IMG/VR virus record: IMGVR_UViG_3300021962_000021
Span: 62,001-126,000 of that record
Reading direction: 5' to 3' (one strand)
DNA: 64,000 bases
The translations under genes and the position numbers were made by a program. Positions 7,209 through 17,589 of this stretch are shown here, piece by piece. Each line of letters opens with the position of its first letter. Positions within the stretch are counted from its first letter, which is position 1. The notes under the pieces were generated by a model. The model did no database searches. It was not told the origin of the DNA and saw only the letters and a list, made by a program, of their open reading frames with translations.

Positions 7209-7969
7209 AATTTAGAATAACACACATTAGCGATACACATAATAAACACAAACAACTAAATGGTAAATTGCCAGGAGGAGATTTGTTAATCCATAGTGGA
7301 GATATTACATCTATTGGTAGAAAGCACGAAATTGAAGAATTTATCAAATGGTTCAATGGAATAGAAGGATATACTACTAAAGTTTTTATTGCAGGTAATC
7401 ACGATATGACCTTTGATAAAGAAGTTCTAATGAGAAGAAAATTAGATTATTTTGATGGTGGTAGAAACAATTGGGATACTCCTTGTGCAGAAGGTAAGCC
7501 TGAATGGTTGATTACTTTATTAGAAACAGGACTTAATTCTAATGTATTTTATTTGGAAAATTCTTTTATAGAAATAGACCAAATAAAAATATGGGGTTCA
7601 CCATACTCAGCAACTTTTGGTTATGGTTGGGGATTCAATGTGGATAGAGGACATGATTCTGCACAATTGTGGAATACTATACCCGAAGATACTGATATTG
7701 TAATTACTCACGGACCTGTTTATGGATATGGTGATAGAACAGCAAATACAAATGAAAATGTAGGTTGTGCGGATTTATATCATAGATTGAATGAATTAAA
7801 AACTCCTTTACATTTTACAGGACACATTCATGAGGGATATGGATATAAGCAAACTACTTGGGGTGGTTACTCCTTTAACGGATGTACTTGTAATTTAAGG
7901 TATGAAGCTTTAAATTCACCTATTACTTTTGATTATGATTTTATTAGTAAAGAATTAAATTTTCTTTAA
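7205..7969 (+). CDS. metallophosphoesterase (MPPED/239FB-like)
   Basis: ISDTH, HSGD, AGNHD, THGP, GHIHE. Confidence 0.9.
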   Translation: MKFRITHISDTHNKHKQLNGKLPGGDLLIHSGDITSIGRKHEIEEFIKWFNGIEGYTTKVFIAGNHDMTFDKEVLMRRKLDYFDGGRNNWDTPCAEGKPEWLITLLETGLNSNVFYLENSFIEIDQIKIWGSPYSATFGYGWGFNVDRGHDSAQLWNTIPEDTDIVITHGPVYGYGDRTANTNENVGCADLYHRLNELKTPLHFTGHIHEGYGYKQTTWGGYSFNGCTCNLRYEALNSPITFDYDFISKELNFL

Positions 7970-8814
7970 TGAGAGATACTATAATTTTTGCAGGTCAATC
8001 TAACACTTTTGGTTTGGGATTAGAGTGGGAACTCGATCCCGAACTGAATAGTGATGAATACCTTAATAAAGGTGTTCACTTACCTTTACCTGTAGAAACA
8101 AGACGTCCATATGAAAAATTATATTGGAAAAAATATAGATGGGCTAGTTTGGTTTGTAAGGATTTAGGATATACTGAATTTAATGTACATGATTTTGAAA
8201 ACAAACCTGTTTTAGGTAGTGGTGCAGCCGAAACTTTATGGCATTTATTCGAAAGAAGAAATGAAACCGATATCAAACAATTGATTGATAAAACAAAATA
8301 TGTAGTTTTAGAAATTGGATACATTCGTTGGTGGGATGATAATTTACATGGAAAATTAAATGGTGAATATCTACCGAACACACCAATAGAAATTGAAAAT
8401 TATTTAAAATTAAAAGATGCAAATCAGTTGGTAGTAGAGGCTGCAATTAGATGGATTTCCAATTATGATGAAAAATCATTTTGGGAACAAACATTTACAA
8501 AAATAGTTAAATTTCAGGAGTTGTTTCCCGAAATAAAAGTAATATTAGTTCCTTGGACCGGAAATCAACACGACTTTTTAAAAAGAACCGAATTATATGA
8601 ACAAGTTAAAGATTGGTTTATAGATGTTCCTACTCCCGGTGCAATAAATGGGTTTTTACAAACAAAACAATTACAAATTTGGAATAAAGCAAAGGCGTGG
8701 AATGGTAATTACAAATATAATTACAAAGAAGAGCATGCATGTATTGAAGGGCATAGATTAGTTGCGGATATGTTGATTAAACACATTAAAAATTTAGAAA
8801 ATGAAAAAGAATAA
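7969..8814 (+). CDS. SGNH/GDSL-like hydrolase-fold protein
   Basis: FAGQSNTFG (block I-like), C-terminal EHACIEGHRLVA. Confidence 0.55.
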   Translation: MRDTIIFAGQSNTFGLGLEWELDPELNSDEYLNKGVHLPLPVETRRPYEKLYWKKYRWASLVCKDLGYTEFNVHDFENKPVLGSGAAETLWHLFERRNETDIKQLIDKTKYVVLEIGYIRWWDDNLHGKLNGEYLPNTPIEIENYLKLKDANQLVVEAAIRWISNYDEKSFWEQTFTKIVKFQELFPEIKVILVPWTGNQHDFLKRTELYEQVKDWFIDVPTPGAINGFLQTKQLQIWNKAKAWNGNYKYNYKEEHACIEGHRLVADMLIKHIKNLENEKE

Positions 8815-9283
8815 GATATGGTTGTATTTGGATGATGTGAGGATACCAACCGAAGGTGAGTGGCAAGTGGTTAGAAATTATGATGAATTCATTGCTCATA
8901 TCAAAATGAATGGTTTGGAAAATTACGAAGTTATTTCTTTAGACCACGATTTGGGTGAAGGTGCAATGGTTGAATATTATACTAATGTTAAACCAAACTA
9001 CGAATTAGATTATAATCGTATACCTGAAAAAACAGGTATGGATTGTGCAAGATACTTAGTTGCGGAAGCAATGAATAAGAAAATTCCATTGCCAACCGTA
9101 TATGTTCACTCAGCTAATCCAATAGGAGCAGCTAACATTATCGGTTATGTAAACAACTATTTTAGAAATAATAAATTACCAGAAGTATGTGTTAAAGTAA
9201 ACATAGCACATACCTACGCACCTGAACAAATACTTTCTGAAGAAGAAAGACATCGTAGATATAATATAATGAAAAATAAATAA
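8801..9283 (+). CDS. cyclic-phosphate processing receiver domain protein
   Basis: LYLDDVR, ISLDHDLG, TGMDC, HSANPIG. Confidence 0.8.
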   Translation: MKKNKIWLYLDDVRIPTEGEWQVVRNYDEFIAHIKMNGLENYEVISLDHDLGEGAMVEYYTNVKPNYELDYNRIPEKTGMDCARYLVAEAMNKKIPLPTVYVHSANPIGAANIIGYVNNYFRNNKLPEVCVKVNIAHTYAPEQILSEEERHRRYNIMKNK

Positions 9284-9284
9284 T

Positions 9285-9422
9285 ATGGAATATATTGCAA
9301 TCGGGTTAATAGGCACAGGAATTTGGTTAGCATATGAGATATATACTGCACCAATGATGGATGAAAACGGAAATATAATAAAAAAAGGAAAAAGTTTAAA
9401 AGATTTATTTAAAAGAAAATAA
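9285..9422 (+). CDS. small membrane protein (45 aa)
   Basis: MEYIAIGLIGTGIWLAYE..., fills the gap between genes. Confidence 0.6.
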   Translation: MEYIAIGLIGTGIWLAYEIYTAPMMDENGNIIKKGKSLKDLFKRK

Positions 9423-9423
9423 T

Positions 9424-9681
9424 ATGAGAACGATTTACAAATACGAATTAGCGAGAACAGTTTCATTACCAATTGACTCGCAAGTTTTAAAAGTTGGAAT
9501 TCAAAATGGTATTATGCAAATGTGGGTATTAGTAGACCCAAATCAAAAGCAAACATCCTATCGTAATTTTGAAATAATTGGTACGGGTCATAATTTTGAA
9601 TTCGATTATTTAACGCATACCTACATTGATTCATTATTCGATGGCCCATTTGTTTGGCACGTTTGGGAAGTTAATCAATAA
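9424..9681 (+). CDS. phage hypothetical protein
   Basis: MRTIYKYEL...GTGH...FVWHVWE, a recurrent phage protein pattern. Confidence 0.7.
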   Translation: MRTIYKYELARTVSLPIDSQVLKVGIQNGIMQMWVLVDPNQKQTSYRNFEIIGTGHNFEFDYLTHTYIDSLFDGPFVWHVWEVNQ

Positions 9682-9723
9682 ATAATTAAAAAACTTATTT
9701 AAAAAAACAAAAAACAAATAGTT

Positions 9724-10302
9724 ATGGATGTTCATATCACAGATACTTTCACAAAATCTATAAAAAGGTTAATGTGGCATCAAAGTAAGGTATATAGATT
9801 TTACGCTTTATTCCGTTACGATATTCCACAATTTATTGGAAATATTTGGAAGTTCAGAAAAGAATTATGGTCGCATCGTTGGTGGGATTATAGATTCACA
9901 CTTGAAATGCTTTATCGCTCGATCCAGATTATGGAAAAAGAACTGAGTCTTAAAGGTATTGAAGTATCGGAAACCAGAGAACCAAAAATTCAAAGTATGC
10001 GTAGGGCATTGGAACTACTAAAGCATAAATTGGATGATGATTATATAGATAGAGCTGAATCCGAATTGGGTGAATTGATTATGCATGATTGGGAGTTTGA
10101 ACCAGTAGAGAATGGTAATATGCGATTGGTGGATAAGGAAACGGAAGAAGAAAAAGCACATAATAGATTGGTCTTTGAAACGGCTAGAGAGTTGGAAGAA
10201 AAAGAATGGAAAGAACTTTGGGAAATATTCAAAGGAACTAAACGTTCAAAGAAGTATGGATGGGCATATGATGGAACGGATATGAGAGCTTGGTGGGATT
10301 AA
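9724..10302 (+). CDS. hypothetical protein
   Basis: ORF ending in WWD. Confidence 0.75.
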   Translation: MDVHITDTFTKSIKRLMWHQSKVYRFYALFRYDIPQFIGNIWKFRKELWSHRWWDYRFTLEMLYRSIQIMEKELSLKGIEVSETREPKIQSMRRALELLKHKLDDDYIDRAESELGELIMHDWEFEPVENGNMRLVDKETEEEKAHNRLVFETARELEEKEWKELWEIFKGTKRSKKYGWAYDGTDMRAWWD

Positions 10303-10333
10303 AAGAGTTTATTAACCCTTTATTATATATTTT

Positions 10334-10528
10334 ATGTTGTTTGTTATTTTGTTTATGGTTTTAGGAACCGCACTTTTATCTTGGTCATGGGTAAAAGGAA
10401 TTGATTATATGAAAGAAAATCATCCCGATTACAAAGGTGAAGATTTTTTGAACTGGGATGATGTCCCAAATACTGCCGGAAGAGATGGGTGGGATGATAA
10501 CCTTATCAACTCTGAAGGTGATTTTTAA
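10334..10528 (+). CDS. small membrane protein
   Basis: N-terminal TM segment. Confidence 0.65.
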   Translation: MLFVILFMVLGTALLSWSWVKGIDYMKENHPDYKGEDFLNWDDVPNTAGRDGWDDNLINSEGDF

Positions 10529-10546
10529 ATTTTAAAATAAAAAGTT

Positions 10547-10885
10547 ATGAAAGAATTCATTCAAAAGTATCAGAAAGCAATCGTAGGAACTGGCGCTGTG
10601 GCAGTATTGTTGATTTGTTATTTACAACAAAAAGAATTAGCAAAATTGCGAAGTGAACCAAAAATAGAAGTTTATACAGGCGGAGATATTCAACGTGGTA
10701 TGATTATTGATTCACTAAGAAATAGAATAGACTCGTTGGAAAAAGCAAATGATTCTTTGTATACTGAAAACTATCCATGTCAAATAGAATTGGGTAGATA
10801 TCAAATGGCATATCAAATATTCTTAGAAAGGAATAAAAAAGCAGCGGAACAATACGGAACGATTATTTCACAAGAAACAGAATAA
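10547..10885 (+). CDS. membrane-anchored hypothetical protein
   Basis: TM followed by coiled coil. Confidence 0.7.
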   Translation: MKEFIQKYQKAIVGTGAVAVLLICYLQQKELAKLRSEPKIEVYTGGDIQRGMIIDSLRNRIDSLEKANDSLYTENYPCQIELGRYQMAYQIFLERNKKAAEQYGTIISQETE

Positions 10886-11967
10886 TGAATCTTTGTATAT
10901 TTGTAGGGTATTCAAATCAAATACCAATATTTTTAGGATTATTTGGAAAAGAAAATTTGATATATGAATCAAAGTTTGATGCATCTGATTTTGATTCAAA
11001 TTCAAAGCAATTTTATTTTCACAAAAATTTAAATACAAAGTTTGTATTTTATAGAACGGAATCGGATTACTTAAATGAATCTGATTCCTTTTTTAGTGCG
11101 TTTGAAAAGATAATTGTTATCATTGAAAATATAAAAGCATTTCATACAATCAAAAGAACAAATGAATTAATTAATTGTAAAAAAATGTTTATTTGGCATT
11201 ATGCCGAAGTTTTTGAAAAAGGATTTATAAAGGATATTGAAAATATAAATTATGATTTAATATATTCTGGATCAAAAAGACCTGAATTGGAAATAAATGA
11301 TAATTTTATTTTAGATTTGGAATTGCCATTTAGATATTTTAGGTATTACATTGGTTATGTTTGGTTGGAAGGGTTATTAAAAAATATGGAAATACCAAAA
11401 TATAATAAAAATGTATCAAAACTATTTTCATATGTTAGAGCACATGCAAATAGTTCTTGGAGAACGGACTTTATAAAAGGAATAAATGGATTAGAATTAT
11501 TATTATCAAAAAAGGATTCAGCAAATGATGCATATGATTTGTTATATCCAAAGTATAAACATTTTGAAGCAATAAATGATTATTTGTATTGTAATTTTAA
11601 TTTGATATTTGAAACACTAAATCCTGCTAATACTACCGAATGTTTTATAACAGAAAAAACATTTAAAGGTTTATTTTTTGGAAAACCATTTTTATTGGTA
11701 ACATCCGAAGTTATATTAAACTATTTGAAAAATAGAGGATATTATTTATTGAATTTTGAATTTAAAGATACAATTACATCATATCAAGATGTAAAACAAT
11801 CCATTAAAAATTTTACGGATTGGATTCAATCTGCAAGTGAAGATGAAATTGAAAACAAATATAATGAATTTTTAAATAAATCTATAAACAATAGAAAAAT
11901 ACTTTTTGAATATTTGAATGATTATTCTCAAAGTGAAAAAATATTTACAAAACTATTAAATGAATAA
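10885..11967 (+). CDS. glycosyltransferase-like protein (GT10-like C-terminal motif)
   Basis: LIFET...FITEKTFKGLFFGKPF; resembles 33531..34937. Confidence 0.5.
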   Translation: MNLCIFVGYSNQIPIFLGLFGKENLIYESKFDASDFDSNSKQFYFHKNLNTKFVFYRTESDYLNESDSFFSAFEKIIVIIENIKAFHTIKRTNELINCKKMFIWHYAEVFEKGFIKDIENINYDLIYSGSKRPELEINDNFILDLELPFRYFRYYIGYVWLEGLLKNMEIPKYNKNVSKLFSYVRAHANSSWRTDFIKGINGLELLLSKKDSANDAYDLLYPKYKHFEAINDYLYCNFNLIFETLNPANTTECFITEKTFKGLFFGKPFLLVTSEVILNYLKNRGYYLLNFEFKDTITSYQDVKQSIKNFTDWIQSASEDEIENKYNEFLNKSINNRKILFEYLNDYSQSEKIFTKLLNE

Positions 11968-12145
11968 TATGGCACATGAATTTGATATGTTGGTTGTTTT
12001 ACAGGAAATTAGAGACCTTCTAAAAAAGCAAAATGAAATATTAGAAAAACAGCAAACAATTCAACCGCAAACAAAAATAACAGTCGTTGGAAATAAAACA
12101 CAAAATGCGAAAGGTTTAAAAAATAATGAAGATTTTACCCTATAA
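11960..12145 (+). CDS. hypothetical protein
   Basis: Short ORF. Confidence 0.55.
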   Translation: MNNMAHEFDMLVVLQEIRDLLKKQNEILEKQQTIQPQTKITVVGNKTQNAKGLKNNEDFTL

Positions 12146-12157
12146 AATGGGCATTTT

Positions 12158-12283
12158 ATAACTAATTGATAATCAAAGGCTTATATATTAAGCCTTTTTT
12201 TATTGCATAACTGATTGATTTTCAACATATTAAAAAAAACTTTCATAAATATTTGGTAAATTCAAAAATTTTTCGTATATTTA
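12158..12283 (+). promoter_or_regulatory. operator-terminator-operator-promoter module
   Basis: Two ATAACT..TTGA-N3-TCAA boxes flanking hairpin AAAGGCTTA/TAAGCCTTT, then TTTG-N20-TATATTTA. Confidence 0.7.
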
Positions 12284-12309
12284 ATGAAATCACACAAAAA
12301 TTTATTACT

Positions 12310-14565
12310 ATGAGTTGGTACAAATCCACAATTGGAAAGGTGAAAAATTATGCTTCATCCTTTTGGTATGATGATTATGATACGTCTTTTGACTATCTTG
12401 AGACGTATGGAAATTATCAAAAGAAAGATTTAGATGCATATAAGAAAACGCACAACCTTTACAAATTAGCATCAGTGCGTAGAGCGATTTCAAATTTCGT
12501 TCAAATTGTAACTAACAAATCAATTCCTGTTTCTTTCGCTACTAAAAGTGAGAGTATGACGGATGGTAAAAAAGTTATTCTTTCTGCAGATGTAGAAGAT
12601 AACTTTGACGTTTCGGTAGGTTTGGCATTGCACGAAGGTTCTCATATCATTTTATCCGATTTTGAAATGTTAGAAACGCTTTCAAATATGCGTGATACAT
12701 TGGTAAGAAATATAAACCACGCTGCATATCAAAATAAATTATCTACGGATAATGGGCAACCTATTTTGTTTGATGAAGCGGCTATTGAGAAGAATAATAA
12801 CTCACTCATTGAAAGTAATGGTAAAAACTATGTAGAACAACTTAAACAAATATACCTTAATACAGGTAAAATTGGTAAGTTTGGTTTTCCAAATGATATG
12901 GTATTAGACACTCTACAAGGTTTGACAAATTGGATTGAAGATAGACGTATTGACCATTACATATACAATTCAGCACCTGGCTATCGTGATTATTATGTAA
13001 CTATGTATGACCATTATTTCAATGATAAAGCGGTAACGAAAGGTGTGAAGTCCGATGAATTTACGGATGAAACAATTGAGAGTTATATGTTTCGTATCAT
13101 TAACATTATGAATGAGAATACTGACTTGAGTAAACTCAAAGGATTGCGTGGTATTTATCGTAAATTGGATTTGAAAAATATCAGTAGATTGAAATCATCC
13201 AAAGACTCACTGCAATTATCCATTGATATTATGACAGATATATTGGGTTATGTAGATGCTTCACAGCAACAACAAAGTGGTGGTAAGGGTAATGGTAACT
13301 CACAATCCGGTCAACCAAATAATGACCCAACCGCTGATGTGAATGAAACCGGCGATGGTGAGAACAACGATATGGGTGGTGCAAGTGGTTCAGCAGATGT
13401 AAATCCTACAAACGCTAAAGAAAGTAGTGACCAAAGTGGTAATGCTAATGCAAGTTCATTATCCAAATCTGCATTGGACCAGCTTAAGAAGAAATTCCAA
13501 AAGCAGAAAGATTTCTTGAATGGTGATATTAAGAAGAAAAAAATATCTAAGCAAGAAGTTGATAAGTTGGAAAACATACAGGATTCTGGCACCGAATTGG
13601 TTCGTGTTGGTAACGATTATCAAAACCAACATGGTGATAGAATTGGTAAAGGTGTGGATTGTATTGTTGTAAAGAAACTTACTACATCATTATTGGAAAG
13701 TGATGATTTTCCATTCACACGCAAAAGTTGGAGAAGTGAAGGATTATCTACTCCTTACTTAGATGAAGTTAAAAGAGGTGTTATGTTAGGAACTTTGTTA
13801 GGTAAGAAGCTACAAATTCGTAGTGAAAGTAGAGATACTATCTTTAACCGATTGAAGAAAGGTAAAATTGATGGTAGATTGGTTGCATCTTTGGGATATG
13901 ATAATGAAAATGTATTCTATTCAAAAGAAGTAGACCAATACAAAAAAGCAAACTTACATATCTCAATCGACTACTCTGGCTCTATGAGTGGTGAAAAGAT
14001 TAAGAAAGCGGTTACATCAACCGTTGCAATTGTTAAAGCATGTATAATGGCTAGAAACATTAACATACAGGTATCAATTCGTTCTACCGAAAGTGGTGGA
14101 CGTTCTCTACCATATGTTGCAATGGTATATGATAGTCGTAGAGATAGTTTCAAACAATTCTGCGATTATATGAGTAAACTAGATGTAACCAATACAACAC
14201 CTGAAGGTTTGTGTTTTGAAGCAATATTGAAACAACTTATCCCATCAACAAATGATACGGATAGTTATTTCTTAAATTTCTCCGATGGTCAACCAACATA
14301 TAGTATCAATAGTGGTGGTGATGAAATACATTACGGCGGAGAAAATGCGGCAGAACATACTCGTAGACAAGTGAAAAAAATGCAACAAACTGGCATAAAT
14401 GTTTTATCTTACTTTATTACTGAATATAGTAAAGATAGATTTGAACATTCATCCGATTGGAGTATATTCAAAAAATGTTATGGTAATGATGCCAAATATG
14501 TAAATGTTGAAAATATGTTTGAAGTTGCGAAAACAATGAATGAATTGTTTTTGAAAAAATCGTAA
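12310..14565 (+). CDS. vWA domain protein with N-terminal HExxH domain (CobT-like, MoxR partner)
   Basis: LALHEGSH, IEDRRID, low-complexity linker, MIDAS IDYSGSM, TPEG, FSDGQP; start moved to ATG 12310. Confidence 0.85.
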   Translation: MSWYKSTIGKVKNYASSFWYDDYDTSFDYLETYGNYQKKDLDAYKKTHNLYKLASVRRAISNFVQIVTNKSIPVSFATKSESMTDGKKVILSADVEDNFDVSVGLALHEGSHIILSDFEMLETLSNMRDTLVRNINHAAYQNKLSTDNGQPILFDEAAIEKNNNSLIESNGKNYVEQLKQIYLNTGKIGKFGFPNDMVLDTLQGLTNWIEDRRIDHYIYNSAPGYRDYYVTMYDHYFNDKAVTKGVKSDEFTDETIESYMFRIINIMNENTDLSKLKGLRGIYRKLDLKNISRLKSSKDSLQLSIDIMTDILGYVDASQQQQSGGKGNGNSQSGQPNNDPTADVNETGDGENNDMGGASGSADVNPTNAKESSDQSGNANASSLSKSALDQLKKKFQKQKDFLNGDIKKKKISKQEVDKLENIQDSGTELVRVGNDYQNQHGDRIGKGVDCIVVKKLTTSLLESDDFPFTRKSWRSEGLSTPYLDEVKRGVMLGTLLGKKLQIRSESRDTIFNRLKKGKIDGRLVASLGYDNENVFYSKEVDQYKKANLHISIDYSGSMSGEKIKKAVTSTVAIVKACIMARNINIQVSIRSTESGGRSLPYVAMVYDSRRDSFKQFCDYMSKLDVTNTTPEGLCFEAILKQLIPSTNDTDSYFLNFSDGQPTYSINSGGDEIHYGGENAAEHTRRQVKKMQQTGINVLSYFITEYSKDRFEHSSDWSIFKKCYGNDAKYVNVENMFEVAKTMNELFLKKS

Positions 14566-14588
14566 AGCAGTAAAATAAAGGGTTATTT

Positions 14589-14704
14589 CATAACTCATTG
14601 ATAATCAAAGGGGTATATATTACCCCTTTTTTTATTACATAAATCATTGATAATCAATTAATTAAAAATAAATTTGGTGAAACGGGAAATTTTTCGTATA
14701 TTTG
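14589..14704 (+). promoter_or_regulatory. operator-terminator-operator-promoter module (homologous to 12158-12283)
   Basis: CATAACTCATTGATAATCAA, hairpin AAAGGGGTA/TACCCCTTT, CATAAATCATTGATAATCAA, TTTG-N20-TATATTTG. Confidence 0.7.
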
Positions 14705-14724
14705 ATAAATCAATCACCAATTAA

Positions 14725-16041
14725 ATGGATATTTCTATGCGTAAGAAAAATGTTACAAAAACTACTAAATCGAAAACTATGGCTCGTAAAACGGCAAAGC
14801 GTGTGAGTGGACGCAAAACAACTCAAAAGACAGTGGATACCAATGTAGGTTTCACAAATGAATGTTACAAAATTGTGCAAGTGGGTAGAAGTTTCGCACT
14901 TATGACCACAAAGAGTGATATCATTGATACAAAAGTCGATGGTATTTCGAAACAAAAAATGAAACAAGCACATACGGAGAATAAAGCAATCCGTGGTTTT
15001 GTAAACAAAAGTGGTAATCTTTCTTACAAACTTGTTGAGATGGATGAATTTAAAAAATTAGCAAATGTTATTGAAGATGCTGCATGTGATAGTGTAAGTG
15101 AAGCATTTGAAACACACGAACATTTGAAACAATTTATCCACGAGAAAGGTGGTGAATTGAAACCTGAAGGATTATTCATTGAACCGCTTAAGTGGAAGTA
15201 TCTTCTTCGTTCAGCAGTTCGTGGTAAGAATATTATGATGACTGGTCCTACTGGTTGTGGTAAAACTTTGGCATCTCAATCGTTAGTTCGTTCATTGAAG
15301 CGTCCTGACTTTTATTTCAACTTAGGTGCAACGCAAGACCCACGTGCTACTCTTATCGGTAACACACACTTTAATAAAGAAAACGGAACATTCTTTGCTG
15401 AATCCGCTTTCGTAAAAGCAATCAGCACTCCAAACGCAATCATCCTATTGGACGAGATTAGCCGTGCTCACCCAGAAGCTTGGAATATCTTAATGACTGT
15501 GTTGGATGCCGGACAGCGTTATTTACGATTGGACGAGGCTGAAGGTTCACCAATTGTTAAAGTAGCAAATGGTGTTACATTCATCGCAACGGCAAACATT
15601 GGTAACGAATATACGTCTACACGTATTATGGACCGTGCGATTATGGACCGTTTCGTAACTATTGAAATGGATTTGTTGGATAAGGATAGTGAATTGGCAT
15701 TGTTGAAATTCAAATTCCCTGAAGCTGATGAATATGCATTACAAGCTTTATCCGAGATTGCTGATACAACTCGTCAGTTAATCAAAACTGATATGAGTAA
15801 AATCTCAACAATCATTTCGACACGTGTGAATGTGGAAGCTGCCGGTCTTATCTATGATGGGTTTACCTTAATGGAAGCGGCTGAAATCGCTATCTTACCA
15901 TATTTCAGTAATGATGGTGGGTTGGATAGTGAAAGAGTATTTATTAAACAACTTGTTCAAAAATATGTTAAATCAACAGATGAAGCACTTTTCAATGAAG
16001 TGAAAGATGAACAAGGTGATGAAGAAACTATCGTTTGGTAG
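14725..16041 (+). CDS. MoxR/CobS-like AAA+ ATPase
   Basis: GPTGCGKT, ILLDEISR, ATAN, DRAIMDRF. Confidence 0.9.
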   Translation: MDISMRKKNVTKTTKSKTMARKTAKRVSGRKTTQKTVDTNVGFTNECYKIVQVGRSFALMTTKSDIIDTKVDGISKQKMKQAHTENKAIRGFVNKSGNLSYKLVEMDEFKKLANVIEDAACDSVSEAFETHEHLKQFIHEKGGELKPEGLFIEPLKWKYLLRSAVRGKNIMMTGPTGCGKTLASQSLVRSLKRPDFYFNLGATQDPRATLIGNTHFNKENGTFFAESAFVKAISTPNAIILLDEISRAHPEAWNILMTVLDAGQRYLRLDEAEGSPIVKVANGVTFIATANIGNEYTSTRIMDRAIMDRFVTIEMDLLDKDSELALLKFKFPEADEYALQALSEIADTTRQLIKTDMSKISTIISTRVNVEAAGLIYDGFTLMEAAEIAILPYFSNDGGLDSERVFIKQLVQKYVKSTDEALFNEVKDEQGDEETIVW

Positions 16042-16060
16042 TAGTTTTAATGGTGATTGA

Positions 16061-16096
16061 GAAAATAGGGTGGCATTTGTCACCCTATTTCTTTTT
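16061..16096 (+). terminator. intrinsic terminator
   Basis: AAATAGGGTGGC/GTCACCCTATTT plus T tract. Confidence 0.75.
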
Positions 16097-16124
16097 ATAC
16101 TAATGGTAATTTAAATTTTAAAAA

Positions 16125-16298
16125 ATGTCTACAAAATTGACAATCGAAGAAAAACAGGAAATTGAACTTGTATTAGAAGAAGCTTCAGCTTGGAATGTTC
16201 GTAAAGAAGTTATTCAAAAAGCTGAAAAATATATAAAGGATGGGCACGCACCTGTTGATGCTTATCATTTTGCTTATGAAGATTGCACACAACAATAA
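16125..16298 (+). CDS. hypothetical protein (57 aa, not in ORF track)
   Basis: MSTKLTIEEKQEIELVLEE... Confidence 0.6.
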   Translation: MSTKLTIEEKQEIELVLEEASAWNVRKEVIQKAEKYIKDGHAPVDAYHFAYEDCTQQ

Positions 16299-16299
16299 T

Positions 16300-16950
16300 A
16301 TGGAAATAGAATATAAAATAACCGAAGTGAAACCAAACATATTCGCAGTGATAATTCCGAATGGGTTTGATAGAGCTATGACTTTTTGTAGAGTTCAGGA
16401 ATTCTACGAGTCACCTAATCCACAATTTAGAGGTAAACACTTTAGCATGTGGGATTATATGAAGTGGTATAGTAAAGAATATGATCGTGGATTTAGTTAT
16501 CCAAACGATTGGAGTGGGTTTAACATTCCGTTTGAAGTTATGGATAAGTGTTTCCGAAATATGAAAGAATTTGAAACGCCGTATGATGCGGTGATGTATA
16601 AAATTTATTGGCATATCCGAACAATGAAAGCAAATGGTAGAGCCTATGTTATAGGTGCAGCTGATACCAAAGGTGATACATTTAAACATGAAGTTTGTCA
16701 TGGTTTGTATTATACCGATAAAACTTACAATCAATTAGTGAATGAAATTACCGATACTATTTCGGTAGAACACAAATTGAATTTCAGAAATAATTTAATC
16801 CGAATGGGTTATACCGATGGTGTAGTAGATGATGAAATTCAGGCGTATTTAACATTTGGACATAATTACAAAAACTTTTCGGATAAAGTTCCTGATGAAT
16901 TATGTAAACAATGGAACAAACAATATAAAAAAGTATTTCAAACTTTCTAA
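16300..16950 (+). CDS. hypothetical protein with HExxH motif
   Basis: FKHEVCHG...DDEIQAY; start MEIEYK. Confidence 0.65.
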   Translation: MEIEYKITEVKPNIFAVIIPNGFDRAMTFCRVQEFYESPNPQFRGKHFSMWDYMKWYSKEYDRGFSYPNDWSGFNIPFEVMDKCFRNMKEFETPYDAVMYKIYWHIRTMKANGRAYVIGAADTKGDTFKHEVCHGLYYTDKTYNQLVNEITDTISVEHKLNFRNNLIRMGYTDGVVDDEIQAYLTFGHNYKNFSDKVPDELCKQWNKQYKKVFQTF

Positions 16951-16961
16951 AAATAAAAATT

Positions 16962-17207
16962 ATGGCAAGTATAGACATTGATATTGATGATATCATATAT
17001 GGTTTAATGGGATATGAAAAGCAAGAATTAGCGGATGAACTTTATGAAGCGGGTTATGTTCCTAAACAAATTCAAGGAACTTTAGCTGATCCTGATAATA
17101 AGAGTTCGGAATTTGATGAACAAGTCAAAAAGTTAATTGGCAATAGTTGGAAACTATCCAAAGAAGATGAAGAAACAATTTTACGAATAACAAATAAATT
17201 AATTTAA
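16962..17207 (+). CDS. hypothetical protein
   Basis: ORF. Confidence 0.7.
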   Translation: MASIDIDIDDIIYGLMGYEKQELADELYEAGYVPKQIQGTLADPDNKSSEFDEQVKKLIGNSWKLSKEDEETILRITNKLI

Positions 17208-17588
17208 ATGAAAAACTTATTAAAGTATAAAACTCAAATCATTAATTTGATAACAATATTTTTGATTTTAGAATTTGTAATTTTCCCAGGTCTCAGTGCC
17301 GCTAATACATTTGCCAATATAATGGCTGGTATTGGTTTGTTGTTATTGATTGTTTGGGGTGGATTGGCTCTTTACAATTATGTAACATCCGATAAAGGTG
17401 GCTTCATTGATAAAAAAGAATTATCCGAAGCGGAAAGACAATGGAAAGAGCATGTTCAGAAACAAATGGATAATATGCAGAAACAAAATGAAACTCCAAC
17501 AAAGAAAAAAAATCCAAAACAATTTGATGGTGTTGAAAGTGATAACCCATTTGTAAAAACAAGAAAGAAAACAAATAAAACAAAATAA
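17208..17588 (+). CDS. membrane protein
   Basis: Two TM helices. Confidence 0.7.
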   Translation: MKNLLKYKTQIINLITIFLILEFVIFPGLSAANTFANIMAGIGLLLLIVWGGLALYNYVTSDKGGFIDKKELSEAERQWKEHVQKQMDNMQKQNETPTKKKNPKQFDGVESDNPFVKTRKKTNKTK

Positions 17589-17589
17589 T

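Noticed and set aside
16962-17207. NKLI and IKII termini (also 42130..42336) as members of the tagged set
   Set aside because: Isolated small proteins with no link to the enzyme set; compatible with background frequency
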